Below, in pieces: positions 59,271-64,000 of a stretch of 64,000 nt of DNA; positions within the stretch are counted from its first letter, which is position 1, and each line of letters begins with the position of its first letter. The stretch is from Clostridiales bacterium (GTDB taxonomy: Bacteria > Bacillota > Clostridia > Oscillospirales > Acutalibacteraceae), in assembly GCA_019418545.1 (NCBI GenBank), contig DYBQ01000003.1, positions 1 through 64,000 on the forward strand. Reading direction: 5' to 3'. Made by a program: the position numbers and the translations under genes. The notes beneath the pieces are model-generated. The model was not told where the DNA came from, did not search any database, and was given only the letters and a program-made list of their open reading frames with translations.

Positions 59271-59467
59271 ATCACCTCCCGGGCAACAATCGAAATCACG
59301 TCAGCGGGACATTTTTTCGCACACAGCCCGCATCCCACACACAACTCCGGGTCAATCACCGCATACACGCCCCGGGGAATCGAAATTGCCTTTCGCGGGC
59401 ACACCTTCATGCAGCACCCGCAAGCCACGCACTCTTTTTGGGAAACCTGCGCCAGTTTCTTTGCCAT
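59267..59467 (-). CDS. 2x[4Fe-4S] ferredoxin (66 aa)
   Basis: CVACGCCMKVCP and CVGCGLCAKKCP. Confidence 0.85.
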   Translation of the reverse strand: MAKKLAQVSQKECVACGCCMKVCPRKAISIPRGVYAVIDPELCVGCGLCAKKCPADVISIVAREVI

Positions 59468-59595
59468 AAAACGCTCCTCCTGTTTCTTGCTTGTGTGGGT
59501 TTATCATAGCACTTTTTCCCTGGCTCTTCTGTGCGTTGGTCACACAATTAAACAGTTTGTTGTAAATTCAAAAACTAAATATACATATCGTATAA

Positions 59596-59624
59596 TTGAA
59601 AACCGCTCGACAACGTGCTATAAT
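59596..59624 (+). promoter_or_regulatory. Sigma-A promoter of the methyltransferase transcript
   Basis: TTGAAA (59596-59601), 17-bp spacer, TATAAT (59619-59624). Confidence 0.65.
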
Positions 59625-59657
59625 CAAAACCAGAATCAACGAAGGAGGGTGAACGCA

Positions 59658-59693
59658 TATGCGGACACCGCGAATTAACGGCCGGGTGCAGTA
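59658..59693 (+). CDS. Candidate 11-codon leader peptide (uORF) MRTPRINGRVQ
   Basis: RBS GAAGGAGGG 8 nt upstream of ATG 59658; the stop overlaps segment GGGTGCAGT, which can pair with either of two downstream segments. Confidence 0.4.
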
Positions 59694-59787
59694 ACCGCAA
59701 ATCATCGACTGCATTCGGCGAATTAGGATGATTGGGAGACTGCACCCCTTCTATTCTTATCAATCGAAATTGGAAGGAGCAATCTCT

Positions 59788-60561
59788 GTGAATCAACTGA
59801 ACCATCAGGAAAAACAGGCGTTGTATCGCCTTTGGAAAGAAGAAGAAGCCGCAACCTTTACGGGCTGGGATTTTTCCCATCTCGACGGCCGCTGTCAGGA
59901 CGGAAAACTCCCATGGGACTATGAAGCCATGGCTCGCTTGCTGCTGCGTCCGGAAAAAGAGCTGCTGGACATGGGCACCGGTGGTGGAGAATTTTTGCTG
60001 ACACTGGGACACCCCGGGGAACATACCACGGTAACGGAGGGGTATCCGCCCAATGTGCAGCTGTGCCGCCAGCGGCTGGAACCGCTGGGCATCCAGGTGG
60101 TGGAAGCGTGTGGGGAAGACCCGCTTCCGCTGGAAAGTGAACGCTTTGATGTAATTTTGAACCGCCACGAGGATTTTCGAGCGGAAGAAATTTTCCGGCT
60201 GCTGAAGCCCGGCGGAGTCTTCCTCACCCAGCAGGTGGGCGGCCAAAATGACAACGACCTTTCCCGGGTGCTGATTCCCGGCTTTGTGCCCCAGTATCCC
60301 CACCACACGCTGGCAAACAATCGCCGCCTGCTGGAAGAAGCCGGTCTGGTGATACGGGAAGCGAAAGAGCATTTTTCGCCCATCCGGTTTTTTGACGTGG
60401 GGGCACTAATCTATTTTGCGAAGATTCTGCCGTGGGAATTCCCGGGCTTTACGGTAGACGGTTGTCTCGAAACCCTCTTCCAGCTGGAAGAGCAGCGCCG
60501 CCGGGACGGTTTTGTGGAAGGAACAGAGCACCGCTTTTTGCTGCTGGCCGAAAAACGGTGA
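59788..60561 (+). CDS. Class I SAM-dependent methyltransferase
   Basis: GTG start, RBS GGAAGGAG 8 nt upstream; motif I LLDMGTGGGEFLL; FDVILNRHEDF. Confidence 0.8.
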   Translation: MNQLNHQEKQALYRLWKEEEAATFTGWDFSHLDGRCQDGKLPWDYEAMARLLLRPEKELLDMGTGGGEFLLTLGHPGEHTTVTEGYPPNVQLCRQRLEPLGIQVVEACGEDPLPLESERFDVILNRHEDFRAEEIFRLLKPGGVFLTQQVGGQNDNDLSRVLIPGFVPQYPHHTLANNRRLLEEAGLVIREAKEHFSPIRFFDVGALIYFAKILPWEFPGFTVDGCLETLFQLEEQRRRDGFVEGTEHRFLLLAEKR

Positions 60562-60598
60562 CAGATAGGATATTATATATAGAAAGGGAAGTGTAGCA

Positions 60599-60781
60599 AT
60601 GGCTGGAAAAAGCAACTGTGACTGCTGTGCCAGTTATGTGTTTGACGATGAGTATGGCTATTACCGGTGCGATGTGAATTTGGACGAGGACGAGATGGAG
60701 CAGTTCCTGAGGGGAACGCTGGACAACTGCCCGTATTATCAGCCCTATGACGAGTATAAGATTGTACAGAAACAGAACTAA
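60599..60781 (+). CDS. Small acidic Cys-rich protein (60 aa), hypothetical
   Basis: MAGKSNCDCCASY...YRCDV...NCPYY; RBS AAAGGGAAG; followed at once by a strong terminator. Confidence 0.5.
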   Translation: MAGKSNCDCCASYVFDDEYGYYRCDVNLDEDEMEQFLRGTLDNCPYYQPYDEYKIVQKQN

Positions 60782-60789
60782 ATCTTAAG

Positions 60790-60840
60790 AGAAGGTGTGT
60801 TTGGCGAGATGTTATCCGCTAAACACACCTTTTTCTTTAT
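60790..60840 (+). terminator. Rho-independent terminator
   Basis: AGGTGTGTTTGGCG...CGCTAAACACACCT stem followed by TTTTTCTTTAT. Confidence 0.85.
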
Positions 60841-61232
60841 AGCATTTGTTACAACTCAGATAAATTGGTTACAAAAGTTACAAGAATTTCAAAATAAAAA
60901 AGCAAAATACCCGTATTTATATTCATTCTTTTAATTTTCAAAATTGGAATAAAAATAAAATTGCGGCTGTACTATCCGATTTTTTTGAAGTAATTCATTT
61001 TTAAATTTGCAAAATATAGAATAATTATTCACAATTCCTCGCTATACCCAATTGGTAACAAGTTTGTAACCTTTAAATTGTGTCACTTTGCACATGGGAA
61101 AAACCAAGCCGGGTGACATAAAAAAGAAAATAAACCCGTTATTTGCTGTTTTTTCAAATCTATTTTTCTGAATACGATTTTTAAAAATACAATATACAGC
61201 ATAATCACCAAAAATATCGCTTTTTGAAATTT

Positions 61233-61261
61233 GACATTCGGGAAACCAACGCATATAATAC
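61233..61261 (+). promoter_or_regulatory. Strong sigma-A promoter for the G5/3D gene
   Basis: TTGACA, 17-bp spacer, TATAAT. Confidence 0.7.
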
Positions 61262-61341
61262 CCACAGCGTTGCAAATCCAAAAATCTGAATGCTGTCGGC
61301 TCAGTTTTTCTGTCACGACAGCCAAGACAAAGGAGAAGCTT

Positions 61342-62565
61342 ATGCACTTCAAAAAGTTGACAAAGAAAAAACTGAATATGGTGGCCCGTAATGTGGTGGC
61401 CCTCTCTATCATGATGATGGTTTGCGTTGGTTCCGTCATAACGGTTATGGCAAAGACTGTAGAAGTTACGATTGTGGACAACGATGAGACAACCGCCATC
61501 AGTATGATGGACCCCTCCAAGGATGCTGTCCTTGAAACTGCCATTCGTTATCAGCGCATTGATGCCGTCAACGATGATGATTCCGTAGTTTTCGATTCCG
61601 ACTCTAACACCTTAACAATCCGTCGCGGTATTGAGGTAACGGTTACTGCTGATGGTGAAAGCCGTACCGTAGATATGTACTATGGTGATACGGTGGCTCA
61701 GGCAGTTAGCAAGGCCGGTTTTGTTTGCGGAGAAAATGACAAGCTGTCCATGGACAGTGACGAAGTCCTGACGGACGACAGCAAGCTCACCCTGACTCGT
61801 TATTATCATGTCAGTGTGATTTCGGATGGCGAAACCCACAACCTGCTGCTGCAGGAAGGTGATGTACAGTCTGCACTTAATGCCGCTTCTGTAACCCTTG
61901 GAAAAGAAGACTCGGCTGATGCAAAACTGGATGCACCTTTGACCGAAGGCATGGAGATTCACATTTCCCGTGTCACTTATGAAGAAGAAACACAAACTGA
62001 GACTGTAGATTATGCGGTAAAAGAGGTAGACTCTTCTTCTCTCTATGTTGGCGAAACCAAAGTGCAGACCGAAGGTGTGGAAGGTGAACGCACCATTGTG
62101 TATCGCAACAAGCTGGTAAACGGCAATGTAGTAGATACTGAAGAGATTTCTAATGAAATCACCAAAGAACCGGTAGACAAAGTGGTGCTGGTTGGAACCA
62201 AAAAACGTCCTTCTGGATATGCAAGTATTTCTTCTGACGGTACCCTTATTGACCACAACGGCAACCAGGTTTCTTACACTAGAGCACTTACCGGACGCTG
62301 CACCGCTTATACTGGCGGTGGTTGGACTGCTACTGGCCGTCCAGCGCAATATGGTAATATTGCTGTAAATCCTGATGTCATCCCCTATGGCTCCAAGCTG
62401 TATATCTGCTCTCCCGACGGCTCTATTGTTTATGGATATGCCACGGCAGCAGATACCGGTGGATTTGCAAGTATGGGCTATATCATGGCGGATTTATATT
62501 ATGATACCTATCAGGAATGCGCTAATTTTGGTGTCCGAGAGATGACCATTTATGTGTTATCCTAA
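61342..62565 (+). CDS. YabE/RpfB-like cell-wall protein: N-terminal TM, three DUF348 repeats, a G5 domain and a C-terminal 3D (MltA-like) domain
   Basis: RBS AAAGGAGAAG before ATG 61342. G5: VGETKVQTEGVEGERTIVYRNKLVNGNVV. 3D: TGRCTAYTGGGWTATGRPAQYGNIAVNPDVIPYGSKLYI. Confidence 0.85.
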   Translation: MHFKKLTKKKLNMVARNVVALSIMMMVCVGSVITVMAKTVEVTIVDNDETTAISMMDPSKDAVLETAIRYQRIDAVNDDDSVVFDSDSNTLTIRRGIEVTVTADGESRTVDMYYGDTVAQAVSKAGFVCGENDKLSMDSDEVLTDDSKLTLTRYYHVSVISDGETHNLLLQEGDVQSALNAASVTLGKEDSADAKLDAPLTEGMEIHISRVTYEEETQTETVDYAVKEVDSSSLYVGETKVQTEGVEGERTIVYRNKLVNGNVVDTEEISNEITKEPVDKVVLVGTKKRPSGYASISSDGTLIDHNGNQVSYTRALTGRCTAYTGGGWTATGRPAQYGNIAVNPDVIPYGSKLYICSPDGSIVYGYATAADTGGFASMGYIMADLYYDTYQECANFGVREMTIYVLS

Positions 62566-62573
62566 GTAAAATG

Positions 62574-62614
62574 AAAAGGCAAAGCAGATAACTGCTTTGC
62601 CTTTTTTGTTTTAT
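62574..62614 (+). terminator. Rho-independent terminator
   Basis: AAGGCAAAGCAG...CTGCTTTGCCTT stem followed by TTTTTGTTTTAT. Confidence 0.85.
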
Positions 62615-62907
62615 CACAATTCCCCGGCTTCTGCTATTCCAATGTTTTTTGAAACAAAAAACGACCACCCGATTGGGTGGCCGCTTTATGTTGGCATCTT
62701 TCTATCGTCCCGGGCCGTCGCCAGCCAAGTATTTTCGACATCAACGAGCTTAACTTCTGTGTTCGGGATGGGAACAGGTGGACCCTCGTTATCATCGACA
62801 CCAACTATTTTGTTTTCCGTCTTTCCTGACGGTTTTATAATGATAACACGTTTTCCTGTAAAAATCAAGGGGTTTTTGCGAATTTTTTAATTTTTTTTGA
62901 ATCGCCT

Positions 62908-62958
62908 TTATAAAAAATCCCTTCTTCCATTTTGGCCGTTATCTATGGAAGAAGGGAT
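62908..62958 (-). terminator. Rho-independent terminator of the antiterminator gene
   Basis: CCCTTCTTCCAT...ATGGAAGAAGGG stem followed on the minus strand by ATTTTTTATAAA. Confidence 0.75.
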
Positions 62959-62971
62959 TTCCAATTAATCA

Positions 62972-63813
62972 CTATATGTCCTGCCGCTCCATTTCAAGAA
63001 CCCGCTCTATATGCATAGCCAGATACCCCACCTCAATCTCATCCACTGGTTGATGCAGTGTATCTTTTAGCTGCTGGCAAATCTGTCCTGCAATATAGAA
63101 CGCTCGTGGACAGGTTTCCTTCATAATACCATTAACATCTACATAAAGCTTTTCACCTTTCAGGATTCGTGCCGCCATATACTTAATATGTGTCATCAAC
63201 CGATTATAAGACAGCGAAGAAACATCCATGGAAACTCCTGTTTCCTTCTGCACCATTTCTACGCATTCGCGAATGGTGCGTGCAGTTTGCATCGCCTGCG
63301 ACACCTGCATGGATTCCAGCGAGGAATGAATATGAAGGGCTATATACCCCAGTTCATCATCGCTAAAGACAATTCCAGCCTGTTCCCGAATGATTTCTCG
63401 AGCTGTTTCTGCAACTTGAAACTCCTGAGGGAACAACGCCCGTATATCGGTAGTCAGCGGATTGCTGATAGGAGCATTTTTCCGAATTCTTTGGGCTGCA
63501 AAGGCGATATGGTCCGCCATAGGAATCAGAATACTGGTATCAATGCTGCCAAAGACTTTTTGTGCTTGCGCCACAATCTGGTCCGCAATAGATAGATATA
63601 TCGGGTCAATACGGCGCACCAAGTCACGGGGGTTTCCGTGGTCGCTTGTTTGAGCCAATTCATAGGCAGTTACTGTGGTGGGAGAAAACTCCACCCGTTC
63701 ACCTGGCTTCTTTCCGAATCCGGCACCTTTTCCTAAAATCAGGCACTCCTTTTGGTTTTCCATATGGATAGCCAAAACGGAATTGTGATTTAGTACTTTT
63801 GTAATTCGATACA
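62972..63813 (-). CDS. BglG/LicT/SacY-family PRD-containing transcriptional antiterminator
   Basis: GTG start with RBS AAGGGGG. N-terminal CAT RNA-binding domain YRITKVLNHNSVLA and two PRD domains (IALHIHSSL, LAMHIERV). Confidence 0.85.
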
Positions 63814-63848
63814 CGGAAATTCCCCCTTTTGTCATGGAGCAGCCACTC

Positions 63849-64000
63849 AGGACTCGTAGATATCCAAGGCCAGCAAATCTTCACCCGGCTTTATATGACC
63901 GGTTTTCAGCAGACGCAGAGCCTGATTATCCTCCATTGTGGTAAACAGGACTGGAGAAGACGTGGAGGAAGCATTTTCACGGATATAATCCAAATCAAAT
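63849..64000 (-). CDS. C-terminal fragment of a PTS EIIA(Glc)-domain protein; the 5' part lies outside the window
   Basis: Translated tail FDLDYIRENASSTSSPVLFTTMEDN...GEDLLALDIYES aligns with the E. coli Crr C-terminus FDLPLLEEKAKSTLTPVVISNMDE...GETPVIRIKK. Confidence 0.6.

Noticed and set aside
62686-62868. 60-aa minus ORF as a protein-coding gene
   Set aside because: TTG start only, no Shine-Dalgarno sequence (upstream is AAAAACCCC), no recognisable domain.
1-64000. CRISPR arrays, transposases/IS elements, integrases, tRNA or rRNA genes
   Set aside because: No regularly spaced direct repeats and no transposase, recombinase or stable RNA signatures were seen on either strand.

Overview
This 64 kb window looks like a low-GC Gram-positive (Clostridia-like) chromosome. 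That call rests on AGGAGG-type ribosome-binding sites, rho-independent terminators, sortase-type sorting signals and an agr locus; GC is roughly 47% by eye. About 33 kb (12.6-45 kb) is one minus-strand block of carbohydrate-utilisation genes. Its core is four paralogous giant secreted proteins. One is a GH85 endo-beta-N-acetylglucosaminidase-like enzyme, truncated at the window start. The other three (1448, 1557 and 1635 aa) have a LamG/DUF1080 domain, a Big_2 domain, a right-handed beta-helix and carbohydrate-binding/FN3/discoidin modules. All four end in a shared ~200-aa FIVAR-like C-terminal cassette; the three full-length genes carry non-canonical PxTGD sortase signals (the GH85 tail lies outside the window). 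The cassette is nucleotide-identical over 661 bp between two of the genes. Next to them sit an LplABC-type sugar ABC transporter, a membrane-anchored AraC-family regulator, two URO-D-like enzymes, a six-hairpin-like hydrolase candidate, ThuA and two Gfo/Idh/MocA oxidoreductases. A tandem pair of WYL-domain regulators and a non-membrane SPFH/band-7 protein with a long structured leader lie between the paralogs. Other modules: an rnfC-D-E-A cluster with no G or B gene, rpe, a NUDIX hydrolase, glyQS, and an agr-like quorum-sensing operon (LytTR regulator, AgrC-like kinase, AgrB, and an unannotated 47-aa AgrD precursor). There is also a heterodimeric ABC exporter pair, a GNAT acetyltransferase, a CoA-disulfide-reductase/rhodanese gene with ferredoxins, a SAM methyltransferase preceded by an 11-codon uORF attenuator candidate, a G5/3D-domain cell-wall protein, and a LicT/SacY antiterminator downstream of a PTS EIIA C-terminus. 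Starts in the ORF track use TTG/GTG as Met, so I re-called starts from RBS context. Many long ORFs in the track are antisense shadows of real genes.
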